64,000 bases of DNA from assembly GCA_020629195.1 (NCBI GenBank), contig JAHDDT010000002.1, positions 1,980 to 65,979 of the forward strand. Direction: 5' to 3'. The number at the start of each line of letters is the position of its first letter. Position 1 is the first letter of the stretch. The DNA comes from Hellea sp. Its GTDB lineage: Bacteria > Pseudomonadota > Alphaproteobacteria > Caulobacterales > Maricaulaceae. Positions 19,697 to 28,691 of the stretch are shown here, piece after piece. The notes beneath the pieces are model-generated. The model saw nothing but the letters and a program-made list of their open reading frames with translations. It did not search any database and was not told the origin of the DNA. A program made the translations under genes and the position numbers.

Positions 19697-20314
19697 CTAT
19701 TGTTCTGTTGTCGTTTCTGTCGGATCAGTAGGAGGCTCTTCGATAACAACTTCTTCCGCCTCAACGGTAATCTCTGCAACGGCGGCGGCTGGACGATCCA
19801 TAGGCGCGTCAGCAGCTAAACGAAGAAGTTCAATAACAGCTGCGCGATCAGCTTCTTTCTTCAAGCCCACAAAATTCATATTCGTGCCTGAAAGATATTT
19901 AGTCGGTTTTGCAAGGAACCCATCAAGCTCTTCATAGCCCCACGTAATATCTGAGCCTGCCATTGCGCCTGAATATTTGAAGCCAGCATGCTGACCCGCT
20001 GTGGCCCCTACAACATTCCAAAGATTAGGCCCTGTTCCATTCGCACCGCCATTATCGGCATTATGGCAAGATGTACATTTTTTAAAGACTTTTGCCCCAC
20101 GCTCAGCATCCATAGCGGCAATCCATTCAGGCTGTGGGAAAGGAAGAGGTTCGGCGTCTCCAGATTCTTCTGAAATCATTGGACCAACTGTATAAGCCGG
20201 CGTTTCAGGCATATCGGAATGCATGAAAAAATGAGGGGCTTCACGGAGTACCATGACGCCTAGAGCTGTTGCTAACACAGCACCAGCAATTTTGTTAAAA
20301 CCAAGCTCGTCCAT
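19697..20314 (-). CDS. cycM: Membrane-anchored cytochrome c (CycM/cytochrome cy)
   Basis: N-terminal FNKIAGAVL anchor, CTSCH, GPNLW, GTNMNF. Confidence 0.9.
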   Translation of the reverse strand: MDELGFNKIAGAVLATALGVMVLREAPHFFMHSDMPETPAYTVGPMISEESGDAEPLPFPQPEWIAAMDAERGAKVFKKCTSCHNADNGGANGTGPNLWNVVGATAGQHAGFKYSGAMAGSDITWGYEELDGFLAKPTKYLSGTNMNFVGLKKEADRAAVIELLRLAADAPMDRPAAAVAEITVEAEEVVIEEPPTDPTETTTEQ

Positions 20315-20469
20315 GACGTCGTCCTTCAGTCGTCCCGAACCCGACTTTTGCCGGGCACTTATTCACGGTCTTTTATAAACTTCTTGCGTAAATGCAAACT
20401 GAAAACCTCTTGCGGCGTAGCGTCGCAAAGGCTTTAAGACGTCTTGGAAAAACAGGGACTATTAAAGCT

Positions 20470-21309
20470 ATGACTGAGGCCATTGTCTATCAGGGAGAAC
20501 CTGGAGCTTATTCTCATTTGGCATGCCAAGATGGCTTTCCAAATATGACCCCAAAGCCTTGCCCAAGTTTTGCGGCGGCGTTTCGCGAGGTCAGCTCGGG
20601 CGCTGCTAAATTGGCTATGATACCTGTAGAGAATACAGTCGCAGGCCGCGTTTCTGATATTTATCACCTTCTACCCGAAGGCGGTCTTCATATCATTGGA
20701 GAACAATATTTGGCGGTGCACCATCAATTGCTCGCGCTTCCTGGGACGAAGCTTGGCGACATTAAGACAGCACGCTCTCACCCTATGGCGCTTGGACAAG
20801 TGCGCAAACGTTTGTCATCTATGAATATCAAGCCCATTAACGACGTGGACACAGCTGGCGCTGCGAGGGCCGTGGCTGAGCTCGGGGATAATTCAGTTGC
20901 TGCTATCGCTTCGACTTTGGCAGGCGAAACTTACGGACTTGAGGTTCTGGCTGCCGATATTGAAGACGCCGCTCATAACACGACGCGGTTTTTAATTCTA
21001 GCAAATGAGCCTCTAAATATAACTAAGAGTGAAGGGCCTGTTGTGACGAGCTTCGTTTTCAAAGTTCGCTCAGTTCCATCTGCGCTTTACAAAGCCTTGG
21101 GCGGTTTTGCGACGAACGGCATAAATATGACCAAGCTTGAGAGCTATATGGTTGGGGGATCTTTTCAGGCTGCCCAATTTTACGCTGATGTGGAGGGCCA
21201 TCCCGAAGATGAAAATATGAAACATGCGCTTGAAGAGCTCTCCTTTTTTACCGAATCGGTAAGCATGTTAGGAACTTATCCGGCTCACGCCTCGCGTTAT
21301 AACGCGTGA
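20470..21309 (+). CDS. pheA: Prephenate dehydratase
   Basis: YQGEPGAYS, PVENTVAGRV, NTTRF, ACT domain NMTKLESY. Confidence 0.96.
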   Translation: MTEAIVYQGEPGAYSHLACQDGFPNMTPKPCPSFAAAFREVSSGAAKLAMIPVENTVAGRVSDIYHLLPEGGLHIIGEQYLAVHHQLLALPGTKLGDIKTARSHPMALGQVRKRLSSMNIKPINDVDTAGAARAVAELGDNSVAAIASTLAGETYGLEVLAADIEDAAHNTTRFLILANEPLNITKSEGPVVTSFVFKVRSVPSALYKALGGFATNGINMTKLESYMVGGSFQAAQFYADVEGHPEDENMKHALEELSFFTESVSMLGTYPAHASRYNA

Positions 21310-21372
21310 AGTCACAAAAGTGTTAGGCCGAGTTGTTTGGTTTTTTGAAAGGTCTTAGGGTATTCGCAATTG

Positions 21373-21819
21373 ATGAAAGTTGTTATTATAATTCTTGCTG
21401 TGCTCATGTCTGGAATGTGCGTGTCTCCCGTCATGGCAAAGGATTCCGTCTATACGTCATGGCAAAACAATTTGGCGATAGGCGGCTATGACACTGTGAG
21501 TTTTTTCTCAGGAAAGCCGCAAACGGGAAAGAAGCAATATAGCTTTGAATATGCAGGGGCCAAATGGCGCTTTGCGACACGGGGAAACTACGATTTATTT
21601 AAGACCAACCCAGAAGCTTTCATGCCGCAATATGGCGGCTACTGTGCTTGGGCTGTGGCTAAAAATAAGCTTGCTAAAGGGACGCCTGAACATTGGCATG
21701 TTGAGGATGGGAAGCTCTATCTAAATTTCAATGCCCGTATTAAAAGACGTTGGGAAAAAGACATTCCTGGTTTTATCAATGCCGCCGAAGAAAATTGGCC
21801 AGAAATTTTACAAGACTAA
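21373..21819 (+). CDS. Exported YHS-domain protein
   Basis: Signal peptide; AIGGYDTVSF, PQYGGYCAWA, DGKLYLN. Confidence 0.85.
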   Translation: MKVVIIILAVLMSGMCVSPVMAKDSVYTSWQNNLAIGGYDTVSFFSGKPQTGKKQYSFEYAGAKWRFATRGNYDLFKTNPEAFMPQYGGYCAWAVAKNKLAKGTPEHWHVEDGKLYLNFNARIKRRWEKDIPGFINAAEENWPEILQD

Positions 21820-21839
21820 GCATATAAGGGGAACGAATT

Positions 21840-22322
21840 ATGAATAAAGTCAAAAAGATATTGCCCATCATATTGGCGCTTATTTGCAGTGGAGTGTTTT
21901 TGGATAGCTTGAGGTTTAAATTTACGAACCATCCCAATACGCAAGAAATTTTCGGACGCTTAAATGAGTGGGCCGCTAGCCTTGGCGCGGAGGGTCTTTT
22001 CGCGCAAACGGGTCTTTTTTCACAATATACGATAGGCGTAGCCGAGCTTTTGGCCTCAGCAGCTTTACTCATAGGCTGTTTGCCACGCTTTCATCGCTTG
22101 CAAGGTTTTGGGGCTCTCTTAGGTTTAGCCGTGATGACAGGCGCGATCAGTTTTCACCTTTTCACGCCATTGGGTATCGACCCCAATAATGATGGCGGCG
22201 GCTTGTTTGTAATGGCATGTGTTGTGTGGTTATCTTGCCTAGTGCTGGCGATTATTCGCCGCAATCAGTTAACCCACGGATTAGCCCGTATTGGACAAGC
22301 TATATTTGGAAAGCCTGTTTAA
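21840..22322 (+). CDS. DoxX-like membrane protein
   Basis: FKFT..P....IF, IGVAEL, MTGAISFHLFTPLG, DGGGLF. Confidence 0.75.
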   Translation: MNKVKKILPIILALICSGVFLDSLRFKFTNHPNTQEIFGRLNEWAASLGAEGLFAQTGLFSQYTIGVAELLASAALLIGCLPRFHRLQGFGALLGLAVMTGAISFHLFTPLGIDPNNDGGGLFVMACVVWLSCLVLAIIRRNQLTHGLARIGQAIFGKPV

Positions 22323-22325
22323 GAT

Positions 22326-23216
22326 TTAATTTTCTAGCCAGTGCCTCAAAAGGTGATGGGCGATTGTAAAGCGGGGGAGCCTTAAAAATGCTTCGCCCGT
22401 TTTATTATAGACGGCTTGAACCTCATCTCTTGTGAACCATTGGGCGTCTTCTAACTCGTCTTTATTTATAGTGAGTTCTTCGCTCTCAGCCTCACATATC
22501 ACGCCCATCATAAGCTGACTTGGCCACGGCCACGGTTGACTGAAAATATAGCGCGGGTTTCTGATTTTAACGCCGACTTCTTCAAACGTTTCGCGGGCGA
22601 CCGCTTCTTCCATTGACTCGCCAGGAGAGATAAAGCCTGCAAGTGCGGACATTGCGCCCTCAGGCCATCCTGCACCTCGCCCCAATAAGACTTTGTCCTT
22701 TGACAGGATAAGCATAATGACAACGGGATTGACGCGCGGGAAATGTTCTGTCTCGCAGGAGGGGCATTTGCGTTTTATGCCGCCACCTTCTGGTTGGCTT
22801 ACCTGACCACATTTCGCACAAAAGCGGTGATTAAAATGCCAATCAAGGAGGGACTTTGCGCGTCCAGCCAAGGCCATATCTTCGGGAGATAAAAACCGTG
22901 TCGCACTTCTTAGGTCTTTGTAATCATCTTGGTGTGTGACATCTTCGGGGTTTTGCAGGGATGCGGCAAAAATTGGCGCGCCGTCTTCAAGTCCTAGAAA
23001 GATAGGGCCAGGGTCAATAAGGTTGCGTCCAATGAGCTCTGAAGGATGAATACGGAACAAACCGCCAGCCTCTTTCAAAGCAGGAGCGCCTTTGTGAAAG
23101 CAAATACAGCGCGCTTGTGGCATGGCAACAAAGGCTTGAAGCTCAGCAGGGGAGCGCTGCGTCTCAACATGGTCAATGGTGCCGCCCGCAAAAGGCATTG
23201 TGAATGTATCTGTCAT
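22326..23216 (-). CDS. nudC: NAD(H) diphosphatase
   Basis: Zn ribbon FCAKCG..CPSC, Nudix box GESMEEAVARETFEEVG, SQPWPWP. Confidence 0.95.
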   Translation of the reverse strand: MTDTFTMPFAGGTIDHVETQRSPAELQAFVAMPQARCICFHKGAPALKEAGGLFRIHPSELIGRNLIDPGPIFLGLEDGAPIFAASLQNPEDVTHQDDYKDLRSATRFLSPEDMALAGRAKSLLDWHFNHRFCAKCGQVSQPEGGGIKRKCPSCETEHFPRVNPVVIMLILSKDKVLLGRGAGWPEGAMSALAGFISPGESMEEAVARETFEEVGVKIRNPRYIFSQPWPWPSQLMMGVICEAESEELTINKDELEDAQWFTRDEVQAVYNKTGEAFLRLPRFTIAHHLLRHWLEN

Positions 23217-23235
23217 AAGCGGTTCTGTAACGGGT

Positions 23236-24687
23236 TCAGCCGGCTTTGCCTAGAGATGCTTTTCTGCGCCGCCTTACGCGCATGGGCATGCCGTTTTCAG
23301 GCTGTATTGTGATGCGAAGTTTCGGCCAAGGCACGCCTTCGCCAGCATATTCAAAGCGGTAATGGCGGGCAAGAAGGGCAATAAGAATGACAGCCTCCTG
23401 CAGGGCAAATCTCTGCCCAATACAGACGCGTTCTCCTACGCCAAAGGGCAGATATTGAAACCGTCCAATTGCCTCGCGGGCTTGCCCTAAGAAACGGTCC
23501 GGCATAAAGGCATCAGGCTTGTCCCAAAGCGTTTTATGGCGATGCAGTTGCCACGTATTGAGAAACAAAACGCTTCTGGGCGGAATTGTGATGCCGTTTT
23601 TTGTGTCTTCATTGATCGCCTCGCGGGCAATAAAAGGCGCAGGCGGAAAGAGGCGCATTGTTTCTTCAAAACAGGCTAGGGTGAAGGGAAGATGCTCACC
23701 CCATGTCTCGGGCGGCGTTGCGTCCATGTCTAATGCGTCAACTTCGGCCTCTAACCGCGCCAGGGATTGATCATCATTTGAAAGAAGATAGAATAGCCAT
23801 GACAAGGCCCGCGCGGTGGTTTCATGCCCCGCGCCGATGAAAGCGAGTACATGGTCTTCTATGTCGCGATCGCTAAATGGCGCGGTATCTGCATCTCCGA
23901 CTAATAAGAGTCGCGAGAGGAAATCATCAGGTAGATCTTCCCCATTTTGAAGACGTTTTTTGCGGTCTTCGGTAAGTTCTCTTATCATTCCGCGCAGATT
24001 TTTGACGGCTTTCAAACCCCGTAGCCGTGTGAGGCGAGGCATCCAATGGGGCGCTTTCAGCATATCTAAGGGATCAGGCCGTCCTACATATGTGAGTGCG
24101 GTCGAAACGTCTTTGAGTACCTGATGTTGTTCGCGCTGTATTTCACCCGAAAAAAGCGTGTCGGATAAGACTAAATATGTGAGCGCTGCCATGGGGTTGG
24201 CAATTTCTATAATGCCGTCTTTTTCTAGGAAATTGGGCATCTCCCGTTCTGTTGTTGTCTTCATCACTTGTGCAAAGGTTTTAACATTACGCGGCGTGAA
24301 CATGGGTGACATGGCACGGCGGGCATGAGTCCATTTTTCGCCTTCTGCTGAAATGAGCCCATCTCCGATAACGGCCCGTAGGACACGCTGGCGGATTTCA
24401 CTGAACTTATAATTGCCGCGATTATCTACAAAACAATGCTTGATGAGGTTAGGGTCATTAATGACAGAAAAAGGCGTTCCAAAAAGCTCATATTGAGAAA
24501 TGGGCGCTTCATATTGTTCCTCGTTAAAGCTTTCGAGGGGATTGCGGGCAATGGTGCGCATGGCACTGAATGCATGATACCAGCGGTACTCATCTGTTTT
24601 TTTGGGGTCGGGAATAGGGACAGAAGGGATAAAAAACCCGTCTTCTACATAAGGGTCAGGGCGGTGTTTCGGGTTATGATGGGCCAA
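23236..24687 (-). CDS. Cytochrome P450
   Basis: AGHETT, EETMR, PDRF, heme motif PFGVGERVCIG; GGAGG before TTG start. Confidence 0.95.
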   Translation of the reverse strand: MAHHNPKHRPDPYVEDGFFIPSVPIPDPKKTDEYRWYHAFSAMRTIARNPLESFNEEQYEAPISQYELFGTPFSVINDPNLIKHCFVDNRGNYKFSEIRQRVLRAVIGDGLISAEGEKWTHARRAMSPMFTPRNVKTFAQVMKTTTEREMPNFLEKDGIIEIANPMAALTYLVLSDTLFSGEIQREQHQVLKDVSTALTYVGRPDPLDMLKAPHWMPRLTRLRGLKAVKNLRGMIRELTEDRKKRLQNGEDLPDDFLSRLLLVGDADTAPFSDRDIEDHVLAFIGAGHETTARALSWLFYLLSNDDQSLARLEAEVDALDMDATPPETWGEHLPFTLACFEETMRLFPPAPFIAREAINEDTKNGITIPPRSVLFLNTWQLHRHKTLWDKPDAFMPDRFLGQAREAIGRFQYLPFGVGERVCIGQRFALQEAVILIALLARHYRFEYAGEGVPWPKLRITIQPENGMPMRVRRRRKASLGKAG

Positions 24688-24926
24688 AATATCCCTCCAA
24701 TCACCTCACACTAGCTGGCCTCCTTACGAGGTCAATTAGCTATATATGACGCAGTCCTATGCAGAAATGTTACAGTGAGTTTCCAATGATTACAGTGTGA
24801 TAATGTAGTGTGACATTTATGTCGCAAATTATGGGCAATAGCTGTAACTACAGCTATTTGTTATTGTGCTGCTGGGTCATATCCAAGAGAGAAAGACGTC
24901 TTTCGATACAAAATAAGGATTAGACA

Positions 24927-25439
24927 ATGAAATTTTTAAAAATCGCTATAACGACAGCCGCAATTGCAGGCTTCACTTCTACAGCTTCAGCTCAAGATGG
25001 AAGTGCTTACGTCAATATCGGTGTCGACGCCGTCGAGTTCGATGCCTACACACTTTCAGGTAAATTAGGGTATAAGTTCACGGATATGTTTGCTGTTGAA
25101 GGCCAGGCGGCCATTGGCATCATTGATAACAAAGAAACAATTCAAGGTATTGAAGCTAAGGCAGGTGTTGATAGCTCTTTTGGCGCTTTCGGTGTCGTGC
25201 GTATTCCGACAGGAGAAGGGCTTAATTTATTCGGCCGCGCGGGTTATCATTTCACGCAATTAAGCGGATCAGCTGGTTCTTTTGAGACGTCTGTTGATGT
25301 TGACGGTTTTGCTATTGGCGCGGGTAGTGAATATTTATGGGATGGCGTGAACGGCATTCGTTTGGAATATACTTATTTAGATGGTGACGGTGACGGCGGG
25401 AGCGACGTTGTCTCTTTGTCTTATGTGCGTAACTTCTAA
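24927..25439 (+). CDS. Small outer-membrane beta-barrel protein (OMP_b-brl/porin family)
   Basis: Signal peptide, amphipathic beta strands, C-terminal SLSYVRNF. Confidence 0.88.
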   Translation: MKFLKIAITTAAIAGFTSTASAQDGSAYVNIGVDAVEFDAYTLSGKLGYKFTDMFAVEGQAAIGIIDNKETIQGIEAKAGVDSSFGAFGVVRIPTGEGLNLFGRAGYHFTQLSGSAGSFETSVDVDGFAIGAGSEYLWDGVNGIRLEYTYLDGDGDGGSDVVSLSYVRNF

Positions 25440-25461
25440 TTTCATAAATATTAGCTAATTC

Positions 25462-25491
25462 AAAGCCTCGGTTTCTGACCGGGGCTTTTTT
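25462..25491 (+). terminator. Rho-independent terminator after the OMP gene
   Basis: gcctcggt-ttctg-accggggc followed by T6. Confidence 0.85.
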
Positions 25492-25504
25492 ATGGCTGAA
25501 AGCC

Positions 25505-25533
25505 TTGCGCCTAGGCTCATATTTTCCTATCTA
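25505..25533 (+). promoter_or_regulatory. Sigma70-type promoter of ffs
   Basis: TTGCGC-N17-TATCTA ending 7 nt before the RNA. Confidence 0.6.
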
Positions 25534-25540
25534 GCCGCTC

Positions 25541-25634
25541 GGAAGGCTGGCTTGGACGGTACTCTTGTTAACTCGGTCAGGTCGGGAACGAAGCAGCCGC
25601 ATGCGAGTCCTTGTCGGGTCAGGTTCAGTCTTCC
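25541..25634 (+). ncRNA. ffs: Small signal recognition particle (4.5S) RNA
   Basis: Conserved domain IV GGTCAGGTCG-GGAA-CGAAGCAGCC; ends GGAAGGCTGG / TTCAGTCTTCC pair. Confidence 0.93.
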
Positions 25635-25771
25635 ACACTTTGTTATTTGCGGGATGCCTATGTTGATTTTTTCTGCAGGAAAAAACAACGAACCAACCCA
25701 TCCCGCGTATCAAAATCGCTAGTCGAATTTGGGTAGTGCTATCTTTCCTAAATCCATGACATAAGAGTGAA

Positions 25772-26341
25772 ATGAGCCAACACCCCAATCCCACTATAGT
25801 CGTCATTCTCGCAGGGGGAAAAGCCATGCGTTTTGGCGGTCAAGATAAGGGCGAGATTCTTATTGAGGGCGAACGCCTCATCGACATCATCCATAACCGT
25901 CTTTTGCCGCAATCAAGTGAGATCATTATCTCAGGCACGCATGATTATGATTTAGGTCTTACAGTTGTGCCGGATATTGAAGACGCGCCAGGCGGTCCTG
26001 TCGGCGGTCTCTACTCTATTTGGTTACATTTGAAGAGCCGTGACGTGGAGGGCTTTTTCACCGCCGCCATAGACGGTCCCAAATTGCCCTCTGATTTGAC
26101 GGCTAAACTTTATGATGAAGCTGCCAGTACTATTGCAGCGGATGAGCAGGGACAACATCCAACATATGCCTGGTGGCGAATGGAAGATTTGTCAGATTTG
26201 TGGCCGCGTTTGGATATGCAAAACTCTCTATCGCTTAAAAGTTTGATGGATTTGACGAAGGCCGAATATGTTGAATGGGACTGCAGCGAGATCTTCGTCA
26301 ACATCAATCGGCCAGAAGATTTAAAGAATTATGTAAAGTGA
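25772..26341 (+). CDS. mobA: Molybdenum cofactor guanylyltransferase
   Basis: ILAGGKAMRFGGQDK, GPVGG, D.P, FVNINRPEDL. Confidence 0.85.
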   Translation: MSQHPNPTIVVILAGGKAMRFGGQDKGEILIEGERLIDIIHNRLLPQSSEIIISGTHDYDLGLTVVPDIEDAPGGPVGGLYSIWLHLKSRDVEGFFTAAIDGPKLPSDLTAKLYDEAASTIAADEQGQHPTYAWWRMEDLSDLWPRLDMQNSLSLKSLMDLTKAEYVEWDCSEIFVNINRPEDLKNYVK

Positions 26342-26387
26342 GCTTGACATGTAAAGGTTCCTTGTCTATGTAAAGTAAGCTTTACTA
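26331..26387 (+). promoter_or_regulatory. Three tandem palindromic operators over a sigma70 promoter
   Basis: ATGTAAAG-N4-CTTGACAT, -CTTGTCTA and -CTTTACTA at 26331, 26349, 26368; TTGACA-N17-TATGTA. Confidence 0.75.
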
Positions 26388-26403
26388 TTCAAAGGAGACG
26401 ATA

Positions 26404-26799
26404 ATGAAGCCTAAACAAGCGAATAAGCGCTATCTTTCAACAATGTTGGGGGCATCCGGTGGTTATCTGGGGAGCGTGTTCGGCGTCAGCTTTGCACATG
26501 ATCACCTTATCGATGGATCTGCCGCCGGAATATTATTATCCCTAGTGCCAGGGATATTTATTTGTCTGATGTTATTTTCAGTTTGGCGATATTTAAAAGA
26601 GGTCGATGAAGTCGTTCGACATCAGCTGACACAAGCCTTGCTGGCAGGTCTATTTTCTTTGCTGGCGTTAAGCGGTGGTTGGGGCCTTGTGGAATTGTTC
26701 AATGACAGCTTGCCGCGCTTACCCGTATTTTTCGCCTTCCCCGTATTTTTCGCAACTTTCGGGTTGGTTAGTGCAATTAGATATAAGCGGTGCGTCTAG
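26404..26799 (+). CDS. Hypothetical 4-TM membrane protein
   Basis: RBS AAGGAG; hydrophobic helices; YLKEVDE motif; coupled to the XRE gene. Confidence 0.8.
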   Translation: MKPKQANKRYLSTMLGASGGYLGSVFGVSFAHDHLIDGSAAGILLSLVPGIFICLMLFSVWRYLKEVDEVVRHQLTQALLAGLFSLLALSGGWGLVELFNDSLPRLPVFFAFPVFFATFGLVSAIRYKRCV

Positions 26800-26800
26800 G

Positions 26801-27001
26801 ATGGAAAACAATCTCAAAGCCTTACGGGCCGATAAGGGTTGGTCTCAGGCCGCGCTGGGTGATCAATTGGATATTTCACGACAATCCGTTAATGCGATTG
26901 AGACGGGCCGTTACGATCCGTCTTTGCCCTTGGCTTTTAAAATTGCGCGGCTATTTGAACTTACCATCGAAGACATTTTCAATGATGACGACGTGGCTTA
27001 A
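26801..27001 (+). CDS. XRE/Cro-family HTH transcriptional regulator
   Basis: MENNLKALR...SRQSVNAIETGRYDPSLPLAFKIA; real start is ATG 26801, not 26675. Confidence 0.93.
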   Translation: MENNLKALRADKGWSQAALGDQLDISRQSVNAIETGRYDPSLPLAFKIARLFELTIEDIFNDDDVA

Positions 27002-28014
27002 GACTTGTTTTGAGCCTTTAACAGCATATCAAAATTAGAGAGCTTCATGGCTGATAATTGGTCGTGAAGCTTTTTGCTGTAATGTGATGACGTCAGCTGC
27101 GGCACGCGTGTTATATCTGTGTCATAGCGTTCAGCCGCAAAGTCTTTGATAAAATTGCACGCCTTATTGTCCAATAATTCTTCAGGGTTTTGCCGCAAAT
27201 CGGCTGATAATTGCGCGATCGCTGTGACGTCATTATTCCGGCTAAACCTCGCAAATCCGCGGTAGCGGAAATGCTCATCCACATAGGCATTGCTTAGGGC
27301 CAGCATCTCAGTCATGAGCGCATGGTAAAGGGCATTTGGCGCCGTTGATTTTAGAAGCAAAACAATTGGCGCATTGGAAAATTCTTCATGGTGACCTTTA
27401 AGTTTTGGCGTAAAGTTAAGGGTCAACGCAGTGAGGCCATTTCGAAGCTTTTCCATATCGGTCAGCTCAAAAACCCCGCCATCAAATTTTATCAGGCGAA
27501 GGCTCTTTTCTAAGGAGATGTCTGGGTAGGTCGGTGTCTCTAATATGTCGGCATTTCGCGCCATGAGCGGTAAGTCATGATGGTTATTGAAAGGTGTCGT
27601 TTTCTTGCCACCGAGCTTTAGAGAAAAGAGTTCACGGATTTCATGCTCGCGCGCTTTTTTGATCGCGAGAAAAGCTGTTTGGATGATTTCTGACGTCGGA
27701 AGATTGGGCTCTACGCGCCATTTTCTGCCAAAGACAATTTTTGGACCGGACTGTTTTACGGCAGCGCGGTAATTATCAAAGCCAACAATGCCGATTTGCA
27801 AGATAATGGTACCGGCGTCTTTGCTTACAAAAATAGGGTAACGGTCAGAGAAGCTCACATCCGACATAATCGCTTCAACGGAAGCGAGACTATGCGTGTA
27901 TTGCAAATAATGTTGTGGGATACAGCTGCGTCCATTACGCAACGTTAGGCGCGGCGCATTCTCTATCGCCCGTTCTCCCGTGTTCAGCTCTATATCCGAC
28001 GTTTTCATGAACAT
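26998..28014 (-). CDS. Hypothetical protein (GRKW...EHE motif)
   Basis: Long ORF filling the gap between XRE and Lrp genes; no recognised family; start 28014 or 28008. Confidence 0.75.
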   Translation of the reverse strand: MFMKTSDIELNTGERAIENAPRLTLRNGRSCIPQHYLQYTHSLASVEAIMSDVSFSDRYPIFVSKDAGTIILQIGIVGFDNYRAAVKQSGPKIVFGRKWRVEPNLPTSEIIQTAFLAIKKAREHEIRELFSLKLGGKKTTPFNNHHDLPLMARNADILETPTYPDISLEKSLRLIKFDGGVFELTDMEKLRNGLTALTLNFTPKLKGHHEEFSNAPIVLLLKSTAPNALYHALMTEMLALSNAYVDEHFRYRGFARFSRNNDVTAIAQLSADLRQNPEELLDNKACNFIKDFAAERYDTDITRVPQLTSSHYSKKLHDQLSAMKLSNFDMLLKAQNKS

Positions 28015-28068
28015 AATACGGTGTGGGCCGCACAAAGTTCATTCACATCAGAAAATATATGTCAGTTT

Positions 28069-28563
28069 TTAAATGCGAGGTACGGCGTTGCTAATGAGAT
28101 TAAGGGGAATTGCATAGCTCTCCTTGGCTTGACGCAGCACAATGCGGGACTGGACATCCGATATAAGATCAATGGACAGTAAGACTTCGCGTAGAAAGTC
28201 TTCATAGGAATGCATATCTTTCGTCACGACGCGCAGCATAAAGTCAACAGCTCCCGTGACAGATGCACATTGTACGACTTCAGGCATGCGGGAAATTGCA
28301 TTTTCAAATTTTTCCATATTCGTCCGGTTAGGTAAGGCAAGCTTAACGGCAACAAACACTTCGAAGTCTAGGCCAAGTTTCGTGCGATCCAATATCGTCA
28401 CGCGCTGCTTTATGATGCCGATTTCTTCCATACGCTTAATGCGCCGCCAACACGGTGAGGATGAAAGCCCGACTTTATCGGCTATATCTGCGACAGAGAG
28501 CGCGGCATTGCTTTGTATAAGGTGAAGTATCTTGGCATCAATGCCATCAATTTGCTCAGGCAT
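28069..28563 (-). CDS. Lrp/AsnC-family regulator, divergent from bkd operon (BkdR-like position)
   Basis: DAKIL..Q, VGLSSSPCWRRIKRME, VTGAVDFMLRV. Confidence 0.95.
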   Translation of the reverse strand: MPEQIDGIDAKILHLIQSNAALSVADIADKVGLSSSPCWRRIKRMEEIGIIKQRVTILDRTKLGLDFEVFVAVKLALPNRTNMEKFENAISRMPEVVQCASVTGAVDFMLRVVTKDMHSYEDFLREVLLSIDLISDVQSRIVLRQAKESYAIPLNLISNAVPRI

Positions 28564-28691
28564 GTTTAGCCTCCCACTAACTTTATATGGGTGAATTATT
28601 GTGCATTTAAGCGAATTTCAATAGATATTATTATATAATTGGCCGTATATACGAAAAAGACTATCATATAATTGTGAGGATGGACGCGCCA

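Noticed and set aside
21373-21819. Selenoprotein form of the YHS protein
   Set aside because: The GGYC position is encoded by TGT; no in-frame TGA
25492-25827. ORFs 25492-25722 and 25531-25827
   Set aside because: They overlap the SRP RNA, which explains the region
26998-27001. Overlapping stop codons of convergent genes (also 39363-39366, 58881-58884)
   Set aside because: Ordinary genome compaction
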